A stretch of DNA of 64,000 nucleotides from Stegostoma tigrinum. Its lineage: Eukaryota. Positions 51,101-64,000 of the stretch are shown one piece after another (position 1 is the first letter of the stretch; the number at the start of each line of letters is the position of its first letter). Below the pieces are notes generated by a model, which made no database searches, was not told the origin of the DNA, and was given only the letters and a program-made list of their open reading frames with translations. The translations under genes and the position numbers were made by a program. The stretch is from assembly GCF_030684315.1 (NCBI RefSeq), contig NC_081357.1, positions 22,057,204 through 22,121,203 on the forward strand, in the 5' to 3' direction.

Positions 51101-54100
51101 ATTCTTGTGGGACATAGGTATCTCTGGCTGGCCAGCATTTGTTGCCTATTCTAACTGCCTTTGAGAAGTTGGTGGTGAGCTGCCTTCTTGCAGCCACCGG
51201 CTGGAGGTTGTACACACAATGTTGTTAGGAAGAGAGTACCAGGATTTTGACCCAATGACAGTAAAGGAATGGTGATATATTTCCAAGTCAGGATGTTGAA
51301 TGGCTTGGGAGGAACTTGCAGATGGTGGAATTCCCATATATCTGCTGCCCTTCACCTTCGAGGTGGACGTGGTTGAGGGTTTGGAAATTGCTGTCTGAGG
51401 ATTTTTGGTGAATTTCTACGGTGCATCATGTGGATGAATACACACTGCTGCTACTGAGCATCGGTGATAGAGGGAGTAAATATTGTGGATGTGGTGCTAG
51501 TCAAGTGGGCTGCTTTGTCCTGGATGGGGTTGTACTTCTTGATTATTTTTAGAGCTGCTGCCATCCATGCAAGTGGGGAAATTTCATCACACTCCTGACT
51601 TCTGCCTTGTAGATGGTGGAGTCAGGCTTTGGGGAGTCTGGAGGTGAGCTATACTTACAGTATTCCTAACCTCCGATCTGCTCATTCAGCCATTGAATTT
51701 ATAAGACAGTAGTGAGGTCAAGAGATGAGTGGCCCTGGTGGAAGCCAAACTGGTTGTCTGTGAGCAGGTTGTTAGTGCGCAAGTACAGTTTGATAACACT
51801 GTTGCTGAAACCTTCCATCAAGTTATTGTTGGATTTGTCCTGCTTTTTGGGCACAGGGCATACTTGGACAATTTTCCACATTGCTGGGTGGATGTCAGGA
51901 TTGGAGCCATAGTGTAACAGCTTGGCTGGGGGAGCTGCAAGTTCTGGAGCACAAGTCTTTAGTACTATTGCTGGAAGTTGCCAGGGCCCATAGCCTTTGC
52001 ACTATCCATTGCCTCCACCTTGAGTGATTGCTTGATCTCACGTTGAGTGATTGCATTGGCTTAAACCTAGTATCTGTGATGCTGGAGGAGCCGAGGAGGA
52101 ACCTGAGATAGATTGTCCACTCAGCACTTCTAGTTGGAGATTGATGTGAATGCTTCAGCCTTATCTCCTACACTGATGTGCTAGGTTCTTCCATCATTGA
52201 AATAGGGATATTTGTAGGGCCTGCTCCTCCAGTGAGATGTTTAACTGTCCACCACCATTCATGACCAAATGTGGCAGGTCTGCAGAGCTTACTTCTGATC
52301 TGTTGGTTGTGGGGATTGCTTTGCGTTCATTATGATTTGCAGCTTATGCTATTTTGTACACAAATAGTCCTGTTTGGTAGTTTCACCAGGTTGTCACACA
52401 TTTTTCAGAGTTGTTGAGGCAAAAAGCAAAGATGAATTTGAGGGGAATATGGAAAAGAACATGGGGCAAAAATGGATAGAAGGAAATGTTGATTGTTTTG
52501 GATGTCAAGATGGAGGGGGTTCTTCACTTGGCTCTGTTTGGCGATACTTACTGAGGATTGCAGCTTGAACGCTGTTCATGACACCTCAGGTACTGAAGCA
52601 GTCCATGTACAAATGCAGCGAGGAGAAAGATATTGTTCAAGTTTGTGTTAATGAGTGACAGCATTCATGCCACAGAAGTGCTAGTTATTAATCATCTCCA
52701 ACAAGAGATAAATGTAGCTGTTTCCCTTGACATGCAATGACATTTCCTTCACTGAATCCCTCACTATCAACATCCTGAGGATAATTTTGAGCAGAAACTA
52801 AACAACTAGTTGTAGATGTATCATGGCTACACAAGCAGCTCAGAAACTGGAAGTCCTGCAGGGAAGTTGGAAGGTAGTGGCTTTCCACCACCTTGATTCC
52901 TGGCTTTCTTTGCCCTTGTGTGACTTGATGCCATGAGACTTCATGGGGTCTGAGGTCAAGGACTCCCAGGGCAACTTTCTCCTGGTTGTATACAAGTATG
53001 CTGTTCTCTCAGCTGTCTGTTTTTCAATACTGGATGAAGGAACACGGCCCTGTGAAAGTAATTTCAATGATGTACAACTTAATTCATTTATGTGGTCTTA
53101 GATCCGTGATATTTTCTTACTTAGTAAATTATGCAAACATTTGAACATCAGAGCTCTTAAAAGAATACTTAAAACTTTTTATTATCTCTTTTATTTTGGG
53201 AACTGTGTGATTGGGTTTCTGTAGGACGAATGATATTCATCTGTCAGTGTCTATAAGAAATTAGTGACAAGTGAATGAAGGCATAAATTAGGTAATATTT
53301 TCCAGTCCTGAGCTCCTGGCTGAATATTAAGAGCTGATGGCTAACTGAAGAGTTTATGTTCAGTGTAGAAATATTATTTTATTTCTAGTCATAGTTATAT
53401 GAGTCACGTGATCCACATTCCCACAGAACAAACAAAAGCACTTGTTGTACTAACTCTGTAATAGGGCATGTGGATTACATCAGGATTAAGCCTTCATGGC
53501 ATTTCAAAGCACTGATATTGACAAACTGATTTCAGTTTGACCAGTTACATATCTTCAACCTGTTCTCCTTCACAGTTTTTAATGTACCATTTCTAAATTT
53601 AGCCCAAATATCTGGCACAAAATGAATATTGCATGATCTTGTCAGGCTGTGAATTGCAGAAGACACAGAATATCTAAAGCATAGCCACACATCACTGGAG
53701 CTTCTCATTTTAAGTTCTGATTGTTTTCCCCTTTAGGCAGGTTATCTCAGAAGATTAATGACAATGAACCAAATGCAATTTTTGACAAATGACACAAATG
53801 AATAAGTGGATAAATGAAGATATAAATGCTGTAGAATTGACATTCATGCTCATGAGTAAGATTTATCTCAGAAGTATAAATTCTCAATCAGAAATATGAG
53901 CACAAAAACTCGAACTTATTAGGAAGACTAAAAAGTTTCCCATGGTGTTGTTTGGAGTGATTCATGTGATCTGCTGTTTCATACCAGCGCGGAAAGCAGG
54001 TTCTGTTATATTTCATATGTCCCATGCCTTTCAAGCCACGGGGTCTAATTGCTGAAATCTTGAAGCCAATTAAAGGCTAATTATTGCTGATGAGGAAATT

Positions 54101-54404
54101 TGCAGCTTGTTCATTGCAAATGTGTGGCTTCAGGCCAGAAAGATAACTGTACACGACTGACTGCTGCAGCCCTAAGTCTCAATATTCAACTGAGTGTCAG
54201 AGGTAAGCTCCAGGTACACAAGGCATCCTATCCTTCTCCAGGCCAGCCTTGTTCCGCCAAGGGATGCTGGGGATTTAATTGCATTCAACAGTTTCCTTCC
54301 ACAAACCAGCACTTGTTAAAACTCATGTACCAAATTGCTGTTGGAAGTGTGATGATGGCTACAAGTATTTCACACAAAGTTACTTGTGACATAGCTATAC
54401 AAAA

Positions 54405-54958
54405 GCCTGGCTCGGCCACATCTGGAGTATTGTGCCCAGTTCTGCTTACCTCATTACAGGAACGATGTGGAAGCGTTGGAAAAGGTGCAGAGGAGATTTA
54501 CCAGGATGTTGCCTGGAATGGAGGGAAGGTCTTACGAGGAAAGGTTGAGAGAGCTAGGGCTTTTCTCTTTAGAACAACAAAGGATGAGAAGTGACTTGAC
54601 AGAGGTGTACAAAATGATCAAAGGTATAGATAGAGTGGACAGCTAGAGACTTTTTCTTAGGGTGGAGGTAGCAATTACGAGGGGACATAGTTTTAGAGTG
54701 AGTGGAGGTAGATATAGGGGAGATGTTAGAGGTAGGTTCTTTCCTCAGAGAGTGGCAGGGTGTGGAATGCATTGCCAGAGAGGGTAGTGGAGTCGGCCTC
54801 ATGAGGGGCATTTAAGCAGCTATTAGAAAGGCATATGGATGATAAGTATAAGGTAGGGGTGGAGGTTAGATGGACCTTAGATTTCGGGGAAAAGTTCAGC
54901 ACAACATCATGAACTGAAGGGCCTGTACTGTGCTGTACTGTTCTATGTTCTATATTCT
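54405..54958 (+). mobile_element. CR1 LINE 3' fragment
   Basis: RPHLEYCAQF, LEKVQRRFTRMLPG; tail gggcctgtactgtgctgtactgttctatgttctat. Confidence 0.9.
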
Positions 54959-55289
54959 AACAATTCTGCACCTCTGTAAAATGTAGCATTTTAAAAAAAA
55001 GCTTCCAGTCTTCATGGTTCTCTCTCCCTTCCTTGTTTAGTTCAGTCCATTTCTGTCACTATTTGTTTCTTTCTCTCTCTAGTGTGCCTGTCTAACTCAC
55101 TGGTAGCCCTGCTTCACTCATCCGGCCACTCTATGCATTTACCTCTTCCCCTCACTCTTAGCCTCTTTCTGAGAAGGGAAAACGTACAAGTAAGAAAACT
55201 AGTTTCCCACTCAGCCTTTAAAGAAAAATGAGGTTTTGAATGTTGATATATACTCACAAGGTAGAGTTTTCCCAGCCACTGAACAAAGG

Positions 55290-56762
55290 TTACCTCAGCG
55301 TACAACAGGTCCTTGATCAGATGGGCCAATGGGCTAAGGAACAGCAGACGGAGTTTAATTTAGATAAATGGAAAGGCACATCAGGGTAGGGCTTACACAC
55401 TTACGGGTAAAGTCCTCAGAAGTGTTGTAGAACGAAGAGACTTTGGAGTGCAGGTTCATAATTCCTCAAAAGCGGAGTCTCAGGTAGACAGGATAGTGAA
55501 GAAGGTGTTTGGTAGCTTGCCTTTATTAGTCAGTGCGTTGAGTATAGGAGTTGGGAGGTCATGTTGCAGGTATACAGGACATTGGTGAAGCCACTTTTGG
55601 AATACTGCATGCAGTTCTGGTCTTTCTGCTATAGGAAGGCTGTTGTGAAAGGGTTCAGAAAAGATTTACAAGGATGTTGCCAGGGTTGGAGGGTTTGAGC
55701 TAAAGGGAAGTGCTGAATAGACTGGGGCTATTTTCCCTTGAGTGTCGGAAGGTGAAGGGTGACCTTATAGAGGTTTATAAAATCATGAGGGGCATGGATT
55801 GGGTGATAGCCAAGGTCTCACCCGGTCAGGGAGCCTAAAACTCAAGGGCATAGGTTTAGATTGAGTGAGAAAGATATAAAAGGGACCGAAGGGGAAATTT
55901 TTTCATGCAGAAGGTGGTACAAAATGAAATAAGCTGCCAAAGGAAGTGGTGGAGGCTGGCACAATTACAACATTTAAAAAGAATTTGGATGGGTATAGGA
56001 AGGGTTTATAGTGATATGGGCCAAATGAGACAAGATTAATTTAGGATGTAGAATTCACAGAATCCCTACAGTGTGGAAACAGGCCATTCAGCACATCAAG
56101 TCTACACCGACGCTGCAAATAGCATCCTATCCAGCTGGCATATCCCTGGACATTAGGGCAATTTAGCATGGCCAATCCACCTAACCTGCACATCTTTGGA
56201 CTGTGGGAGGAAACCGGAGCACCCGGAGGAAACCCATGTGGACACAGGGAGAATGTGCGTACTGCACACAGACAGTCACCTGAGGTTGGAACTGAACCTG
56301 GGTCCCTGGTGCTGTGAGGTAAAAGTGCTAACCACTGAGCCAACGTGCTGATATCGGGTCAATATGGATGAATTGGACTGAAGGGCCAGTTGTTTGAAAT
56401 TCATCCGTGGGATGAGAACATCACTGACTAGACAGCTTTTATTGCTCATCCCTAAAGTGAACCATATTGCTGTGGGTCTGGAGTCACATATAGATCAGAC
56501 CAGGTAAGGATGGCAGTTCCCTTACTTAAAGAACATCAGTGAATCAGGTGGGTTTTTCCCAACAATTAGCAATGGATTCATGGTCATCTTTGGACTCTAA
56601 TTCTAGATATTTGTTGAATTGAAATTCTACTACCTGTCATGGTGGGAATTGAAACCGGGTCCCTTTTGTCTGGTTCTCTGGATTAACAGGCCAGCAGTAA
56701 TACCACTAGGCCATTGCCTCCCTCTATGTTTCCACACTGTAGAATTCTATGACTGTATGAAT
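55290..56762 (+). mobile_element. CR1 LINE 3' fragment split by two SINE insertions
   Basis: Body at 55290-56045; the tail resumes at 56351-56390 and 56723-56762. Confidence 0.85.
56049..56350 (-). mobile_element. HE1-type tRNA-derived SINE, full length
   Basis: A box tggctcagtgg, B-box-like ggttcagttcc, conserved body and CR1-type tail. Confidence 0.88.
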
Positions 56763-57917
56763 GTATGTGGGCATTGGGGAAAAATGTTGGAAAAAATAAG
56801 AGGAATCAGCAATATTGAGATTCTTGACATTGAGAGTGACAAAATCCCATTTTCCAACCAACATTTGAATGAAGAGATTGAAATCTTGCAAGTGAGTGAT
56901 GAAACACCTATTTCTATCTAATTGCACACATTAACATTTCATCATCAGCGAATCTCACCTCATTTTTAATGAAATTTCCCATTCATTCATCCACCAGATT
57001 GAAATGAGAAGGTGCCAATTCGGACCCTGAAGTTCAGATTGGCTGGTAACTCTAGCTTGCCACTTGCTCACCCAGGACTCCATCTTACACACCAGTCACC
57101 AACATCTCAGGATACACTCCATGGACAGAAACCGCCCAAACCCCTCCATCCATGGAGGTTGGTAACAGACATGTACCAGCCTTACTATATCATCATGGCA
57201 AATCTATATCCCAATAATAATATGGCTCTGAACTTCAATGCTGGACTTTGGAAATCACTGGCAATTTTGATGCAAGAACATATTGCATGTGAGATCAGGC
57301 ATCTATTGGACCAAAGTGCTCCTCAAGGCTCCTTGCTCACGATCTTAATGTTCACTCACTTTGTGACTACTTGGATGGTCGTGGCATCTCTGCCATGACT
57401 TGCTTTTTTGGATTTTGCCACCTTAACCAGAGTTCACAGTCTCACTATCCTTCTGTCACCCCTTGCTGTTTGGCACAAGCACAAAGCCAGGCAGCTTGCA
57501 GTTGTCAGCAGTGATCAGCCGTAGGTGTAGTCATGTTTCTCTACAGCACCGATCACAAAACTGCTGCATTTACTCGCGCAAAACCCAGTACTTGTGTTTC
57601 AAACAGATGGCCATGTCTCAAACTCTATGGGAATTGGGACCTCAGCCAGGCTAAGCGAGAGACTTCAATGACAGCGTTGCCCCAGCACAGAATGTCAAGA
57701 GCATCATCTGCTGTCAGTCCAGGGGCTTCGACTTGGCCTGTTGGCTGCTTTGATGATCATGGTCAGGAGTCGGTAACTTTGCAGTGGGCATTGTGGGCCA
57801 CAGCCAGTCTTGGAGGTTGGATGAATGAAGATGGGAGTTGGAGGGAGGTGGGGGATGGGGTTGTTGGTGTCATGACTCACAGCTGTGGTAGGGAGGTTAG
57901 GGAAGTCAGTTGTAGGG

Positions 57918-58011
57918 TAACAAAGTGTGGAGCTGGATGAACACAGCAGGCCAAGCAGCATCCCAGGAGCACAAAAGCTGACGTTTTGGGCCTAGACCCT
58001 TCATCAAAGAG
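57918..58011 (-). mobile_element. Solo tail-less 94-bp Penelope 3'-repeat unit
   Basis: Same sequence as the arm of the full element. TSD agttgtaggg (57908-57917) / agctgtaggg (58012-58021). Confidence 0.85.
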
Positions 58012-59899
58012 AGCTGTAGGGATTGGAGGCAGCATGTTGGGATGCAGACACAGTGATAGTTGTGAAGAGGGAAACTCAACAAATAAGATGGGAGAAACAA
58101 TACTGCATTGGAAGAGATGGGTAATTGTATGAGGGCACATCAGTGGCAGTCACAGCCACCCTGGCATCAGTGAGTGCGGCATGAGAATTGGAATGAACAT
58201 AGGAACATAGCACCAGGAGTAGGCCATTCAGCCGCTTGAGCCTCTTATACCACTCAACAAGGTTATGATTAATCTATGGTCTAACTCCACATGCCTGTCT
58301 TGGGCCCATATTCCTTGATACCCTTGCTTGATAAAAAAATTGCTTATCTCAGATTTAAATTTAAAATTTAATTAGCATCTTTTGGTATTTGAGGAAGAGA
58401 GTTTCAAGCCTCCAATACTCTTTGCATGCCAAAATGCTTTGTAAAATCTCTCCTCAAAGGCCGGGTCCAATTCTTAGACTATGCCCACAGTTGTAGAATC
58501 TTCAATAAAATCAGTTTATCCTGATCTAACCTGCTCTTTCCTGTCAACACTCTGAAGACCATGATTAGATCATCCCTTTTACCTTCTAAATTTTCGAGAA
58601 TAAACGCCTAAATTGACGCAGCTGCAGTTGACTCTGGGCACGAGGGAAAGCGTATCTCTGTCTCTAAGGGAGGCTAAACCTGGGAAGCTTTGTTTTTAAG
58701 TTGGAACTCATTTATGAATGTGCACTTGTATATGCAATAATGTATCTGCTGTGCCACTCATGTGCCCTGAGAAGTGTTTGCATTTGGCTTCTTTCCCACC
58801 ATGTGCACAATAAAGGTCAAGTCCTGGGTGCAATGCATTATCATCATGCCACCTAGGCCGTCCTTGGAAACATTTCTTTTTCCTTCCTCTCTTGCTGAGT
58901 GTACAGTAAAGGACAACTCCTGGCTGGTAGTGCTTTACTGGGTGCATGACTAGGCTGTTAAAATGGTGCCAAGTGCTGGGAATTCTGGGAGGAACTGGCA
59001 CTGTACAGTGCTTCCACCAATGGCAAGAGGGAATGTAGGATGATGCACAGCTAATGAAATGAGCTTTGAAGAATAGTGTGAAACATTTTGCTGGGGCTCA
59101 TGGAGAGAAAACCTTCAATTAAAATCATCAAAATTCACATTTAGTCAATTTCTGTTCAAATTAAGCTGGTAATTATACATAAAACCTAAAAAAAAAGTTT
59201 GTAGATATTGTACATAAGAAGTCATACAAGGAGAGTCTCAGATGCCACTTGACTACCTCCACTGGTTCGGCTGGTGTTGAATCCAGACCGCGCTTATCTC
59301 AAGAATAAATCATATATAACCTTTTACAAAGGTGAATTGAAATCCATTGCCAATAGCTTTGCTTAATGTGTGAATAGTTCTCCCTGAATCACCAAAAGCC
59401 CAAAACCATCAGGGTATTCTAAGCTCAGGAGATACTAAAACTTTAATTATGCTGAATAAACATAGATGGTCTATGTTCCAGGCCTGGGCTAACCCTTTAC
59501 TTCACATAGAAGCATGATTTGATAGCTTGGCTTAGCATTTTGAATTGAATAAAAGCTTGGCTGTGAATATTTACTTTTGTCCAGAGATTTGTTTTAGTCA
59601 TTCGTGAGATTTTTTTAACAGTCATTCATGGGATGTTAGTTTGGCCATTTATTGATCAGAAGGTGAATTCATCAGAATTCCAGAAATACCTGTATACCAG
59701 GAAATGGAAGGGAGAGAGAAACTGAAGAAATTTCCCATCATCGGGCAAGTGGTTCTGAGCAAGTTGTTGGAGTTAGAAACTCCATCCTGTGGTGTTAAAT
59801 GAACCCACTGGTTCCCTTTGTTCGTAGAAGCTTCCATTAGATTGAAAAATGCAACTCTATTATTCAAAAACAAAAGATAGAAAACAGCATCTATCAAAG

Positions 59900-60875
59900 A
59901 GAAGATATTAGAAGCTGTTTTTAAAGGTGTAATATCAGAGCACTTAGAAAACATCAAGGTTATCAGACAGAGTCCACAAAGTTTTATGAAAGGGAAACTT
60001 ATTTGGAATTCTTTGAAGAAATAGTGTGCTGTGGATAAAAGGGAACCAGTAAATGCACTGTACTTAAATCTTGAAAAGACATTTGATAAGCTGCCACATC
60101 AAAGGTTATTGTGGAAAACAATATCTCACAGTATATGGGATAACATATGGGAAGTGATAGAAGATTGGTCAGCTTTCAAGGCCCATAGTTAGGCATTGAT
60201 CCATCAATTCTGGTTGACAGGGATCAGTGCTGGAGTCTCAACATTTCACAATTTATGTAAATGTGTTGGATGAGTGGACCAAAGGTCCAATTGCCAAGTT
60301 TGAAGATAGGTGGAAAAGTAAGTTGTGAAGAGGATATAAGCATGAGGTAAAGGGATTGCGGATATGTATGCAAAGCAAGAATTAGGTAACTTAACAAAAT
60401 ATTATTATTTATTGCAAGGGGGATTGAACACAAAAGTAGCAAGGTTACAGTTCATCAGTACATTGCTGAGACAGCATCTGGAATACTGTGTTGAGTGTTG
60501 ATCTCTTTATATAAGGAAAGATGTAAATGTATTTGAAGCAATTCAGAGAAAGTCTAGTAGGCAATATCTCAATCGGACGGTATCCTATAAGGACGTGTTG
60601 GACAGACTAGGCTTGTAGGATTATAGAAAGGATGTTTTTGCTTGTGGGAAATTCTGGAACTGAGTGTTAGCATTTCAAATGATAGGCCTTTTGAATTCTC
60701 TTCCTTGAAAGATGGCAGAAGCAGAGTCTTTAACTATTTTTAAGGCAGAGGTAGAGAGATTCTTGTGAAAGCTTATTGTGGGTGGGTGGGAATTTGGAGA
60801 AATCAGGTAGATCATGATCTTATCAATTGCCTGAGCCAGTTTGAGGGACTGAAAGGCCTACTTATGCTCCTAGCT
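59900..60875 (+). mobile_element. Highly decayed CR1 LINE (similarly decayed copies at about 8330-8720 rev, 38960-39160, 50340-51075, 58195-58600 rev)
   Basis: Degenerate YLNLEKTFDKLPH motif and CR1 3' tail remnants. Confidence 0.7.
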
Positions 60876-61359
60876 CATGCTATTGTGAATGATCAAGTAA
60901 ATGCTTAGTCAGAAATAAGTGTATAGTTGAAATACCATAGAGCTGCAATGAAATACTGACTTTGGGGAAAATTGCCACCTCTTTGGGGATATTATTAAGT
61001 TTCCTTTAATTCACTGACAGAATGACGGCATCACAATGAGGCTAGCATTTATGTCCCATCCCTAATTGTTAAGAGTCAACTGCATTGCTGTGAATCTGGA
61101 GTTACATGTAAGCCAGACCAGGGGAGGGTGGCAGTTTCCCTCCCTAAAGGGCATTAGACAAGATGGCAGTAGAGTAGGACCCTCCAACTGGAGCTCCTCT
61201 GCTCTCTCTGTTTATTGCCCACGTTCTTCTCTTTTGTCCCAGTTTTCCCCTCTTGGTGTTCTCTCTTAAGATAGAACAGGCTGCAGGCATGGAGAGGAGT
61301 GGGCTGCAGGCCCATGCAATCCAATGGGAAGGCAGTGGACGGGGCGCTTGAGAGGAACG

Positions 61360-62190
61360 GGGACAGCTAGCAGGCCCAAAGAGAAGGGGAGGCAGCCAGC
61401 GGGCCCCATGAAGAGGAGAGACAGCCAGCGGGCCCCAAGAGGAGGGGAGACAGCCAGCAGGCCCCAAGAGGAACGGGGACAGCCAGCGGGCCCCAAGAGG
61501 AGGAGACAGCCAGCAGGCCCCAAGAGGAGGGGAGACAGCCAGCAGGCCCCAAGAGGAACGGGGACAGCCAGCGGGCCCCAAGAGGAGGAGACAGCCAGCA
61601 GGCCCCAAGAGGAGGAGACAGCCAGCAGGCCCCAAGAGGAACGGGGACAGCCAGCGGGCCCCAAGAGGAGGAGACAGCCAGCAGGCCCCAAGAGGAGGGG
61701 AGACAGCCAGCAGGCCCCAAGAGGAGGAGACAGCCAGCAGGCCCCAAGAGGAGGGGAGACAGCCAGCAGTCCCCAAGAGGAGGAGACAGCCAGCGGGCCC
61801 CAAGAGGAGGAGACAGCCAGCAGGCCCCAAGAGGAGGGGAGACAGCCAGCAGGCCCCAAGAAGAGGGGAGACAGCCAGCAGGCCCCAAGAGGAGGGGAGA
61901 CAGCCAGCAGGCCCCAAGAGGAACGGGGACAGCCAGCGGGCCCCAAGAGGAGAGGAGACAGCCAGCAGGCCCCAAGAGGAGGAGACAGCCAGCAGGCCCC
62001 AAGAGGAGGAGACAGCCAGCAGGCCCCAAGAGGAACGGGGACAGCCAGCAGGCCCCAAGAGGAGGAGACAGCCAGCAGGCCCCAAGAGGAACGGGGACAG
62101 CCAGCAGGCCCCAAGAGGAGGAGACAGCCAGCAGGCCCCAAGAGGAACAGAGACAGCCAGCGGGCCCTAAGAGGAGGGGAGACAGCCAGA
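61360..62190. repeat. 27-30 bp purine-rich minisatellite (gacagccagcaggccccaagagga + gga/gggga/ggggga/acggg)
   Basis: Direct tandem array of roughly 28-29 units with a few length variants. Confidence 0.97.
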
Positions 62191-62329
62191 GGGCTGATGG
62201 CCTGAGTGATGCAGCGACAGCCAATAGGCTGGACGTTCGAATGGAAACAGGTCGGCTAGTGAGCTGAAGACTTGTGCGGAGTGGAGATGACCGGGATGGA
62301 TGTCTGAGTGAAATGAGAACAGCCAAGTG

Positions 62330-62585
62330 ACTGGAGGCTTGAAGGACCGGGGATGGCCTGGAGGCTGCAGGACTGAGCAGACTGGGGACGGCCAGCAGGC
62401 TACAGGTTCGAGCAGAGCAGGGACGGTTTGGAGGCTGCAGGACCGAGTGGAGCCTGGATGACCTGGAGGCTGCAGGACCAAGCAGAGCAGGGATGGCCTG
62501 GAGGCTGCAGGACCGAGCGAAGCGGGGACGGCGTGGAGGCTGCAGGACCGAGCGGAGTGGGGACAGCCAGCAGGCTGCAGGCCTC
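62330..62585. repeat. Degenerate ~35-bp tandem repeat (ggaggctgcaggaccgagcagagcagggatggcct)
   Basis: ggaggctgcaggac recurs at multiples of about 35 nt. Confidence 0.85.
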
Positions 62586-64000
62586 CATTGGCAGGACAAT
62601 ACATCAACTCCAATTTTAGACTTTTCAGGAAGGCCTGAGTGAAAACTTTAATGAATGTACTCAACAGGGAATAGGGCACATTTACATTCAGATTTAAGGG
62701 TAGCCATTTGACTCAAAAATGTTAATTCTGTTCCTCTCTCCGCAGATGCAGCCAGACCGAAAGAAATTTTTTTCCAAGTCCCTTCAGTTTTTATTTTCGA
62801 TCTCCAGCTTCCACAGTGTTCTGCTTTTACTTCCCCATACCTGTTGTGTCGAAGACAATGATTCTGAATGGATTACTGTTGGAGTCTGTATTAGGCTCCA
62901 CCTAATCTGATTATGTCATAAAGACTTGGATGGGAAAGGATAGAATAGTTCAGTATGCATGTCCACGAACTCTCAATTGTCTTATATACAATATCCAGAT
63001 TATTATTTTAATGTATACTTGATTTCTATAATTTAATAATCTGCAGTTTGTTTAAAGTAAGTTCCTCTTCTGGTTAAGACTCATTAGTTTTTCTGTACAA
63101 CTTATAAACCCATAGACCTAGTTGAAGAAAGTAGATTGGTGGCAGGAACAGAAAGCTGAGAATGACTGGCATCACAGCACATTCAATAACCTCTCAAAGA
63201 TTAGTCAGAATTGATTAAAAGAAGGTTCCTTTGTCAGCAATAATTTGAAGAATAATAAAACAATGCAAGCAGCCAGAATTATTGGACAGGAGATCATAGA
63301 CCAGCTCTTCAAGTCAATGGACAAATAGGACCAGCCATTTTACATTACACCTTTATGAGCAAGGGGCAATGGTGGCATTGTGGTAGTGTTACTAGGTCAG
63401 TAATCCAAAACCCTAGGTTAATGTTCTGTTGGTATGGATTCAAATCCCATCACAGCAGATGTTAAATTTGAACCCTGTCATAGTCTGGAATTAAAGGTTA
63501 GTGCCAACAGCTATCCATTGCCGTGAGGGAAAGCCCATCATTGTCTTGGAAATATATCCCCGTTCCTTCATTGTTGCTGGCTCAAAATCCTGGAATTCCC
63601 TCCCTAATGGCATCGTGGTCGCCCACAGCAGGAGGACTGCAGCAACTCAAGAAGGCAGCTCACCACCACCTTCTCAAGGGCAACAAGGACGGGCAAGAAA
63701 TGCTGGCCAGCCAGCAACACCACATCCCATAAATGAATAGAAAAGAAAAATCTGGTTCACTACTGTCCTTTAGAGAAGGAAATCTGCCTCCCTTACCTGG
63801 TCTGACTTACATATGACTCCAGGCCTACAGCCATGTGATTGATTCTTAAATGGCATCAATGGATATATAATAAATGTTGGCTTAGCCAATGGTGCCCATA
63901 CCCCAGGAGCAAATAATACAAAAAGCTGTCAGCACAAATTCATTTTAATCCTACAAGTTGCAACAACAAAACAACTCGCGCCAGTACATGTAAAGATATA

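Noticed and set aside
56280-56350. tRNA gene
   Set aside because: It has A/B boxes but no complete cloverleaf, and it is continuous with the SINE body and tail.
48200-58950. Faint PIF/Harbinger-like peptide hints (about 48400-48500, 57200-57330, 58750-58900)
   Set aside because: Too degenerate to support without a profile search.
61144-62679. Long ORFs of 291-410 aa on both strands
   Set aside because: They arise because the minisatellite unit has no stop codons; the peptides are cyclic translations of the repeat.
45000-64000. A neighbouring protein-coding gene upstream of MRPS5
   Set aside because: The ORFs I examined are TE-derived or random-looking. Small exons cannot be excluded by eye.

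Overview
This is vertebrate genomic DNA, not prokaryotic. The HE1-type SINE and the LINE content point to a cartilaginous fish (shark), which is an inference. The only protein-coding gene I can support is the 5' part of MRPS5 (mitochondrial ribosomal protein uS5m) on the minus strand. It starts in a CpG island at about 37.0 kb, with coding exons at 36963-37021, 35742-35830 (tentative), 23691-23822, 11061-11186 and 10244-10477; later exons lie to the left of the window. A decayed processed RPS14 pseudogene sits in MRPS5 intron 2. Much of the rest is transposon-derived: CR1 LINEs, a second CR1/L2-group LINE with a bipartite tRNA-headed SINE partner, HE1 SINEs, RTE remnants, a hAT remnant, a Tigger-like MITE and GC-rich minisatellites. 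The most notable system is a Penelope-like retroelement family. It has one near full-length but disrupted copy (40688-44944: RT + GIY-YIG, inverted tail-less 5' arm, 13-bp target-site duplication (TSD)). It also has many 90-220 bp derivatives that start at a hammerhead-ribozyme-like core, including a TSD-flanked hairpin pair. These elements belong to known classes; I found no evidence for a new protein system. Repeat boundaries are by-eye estimates.
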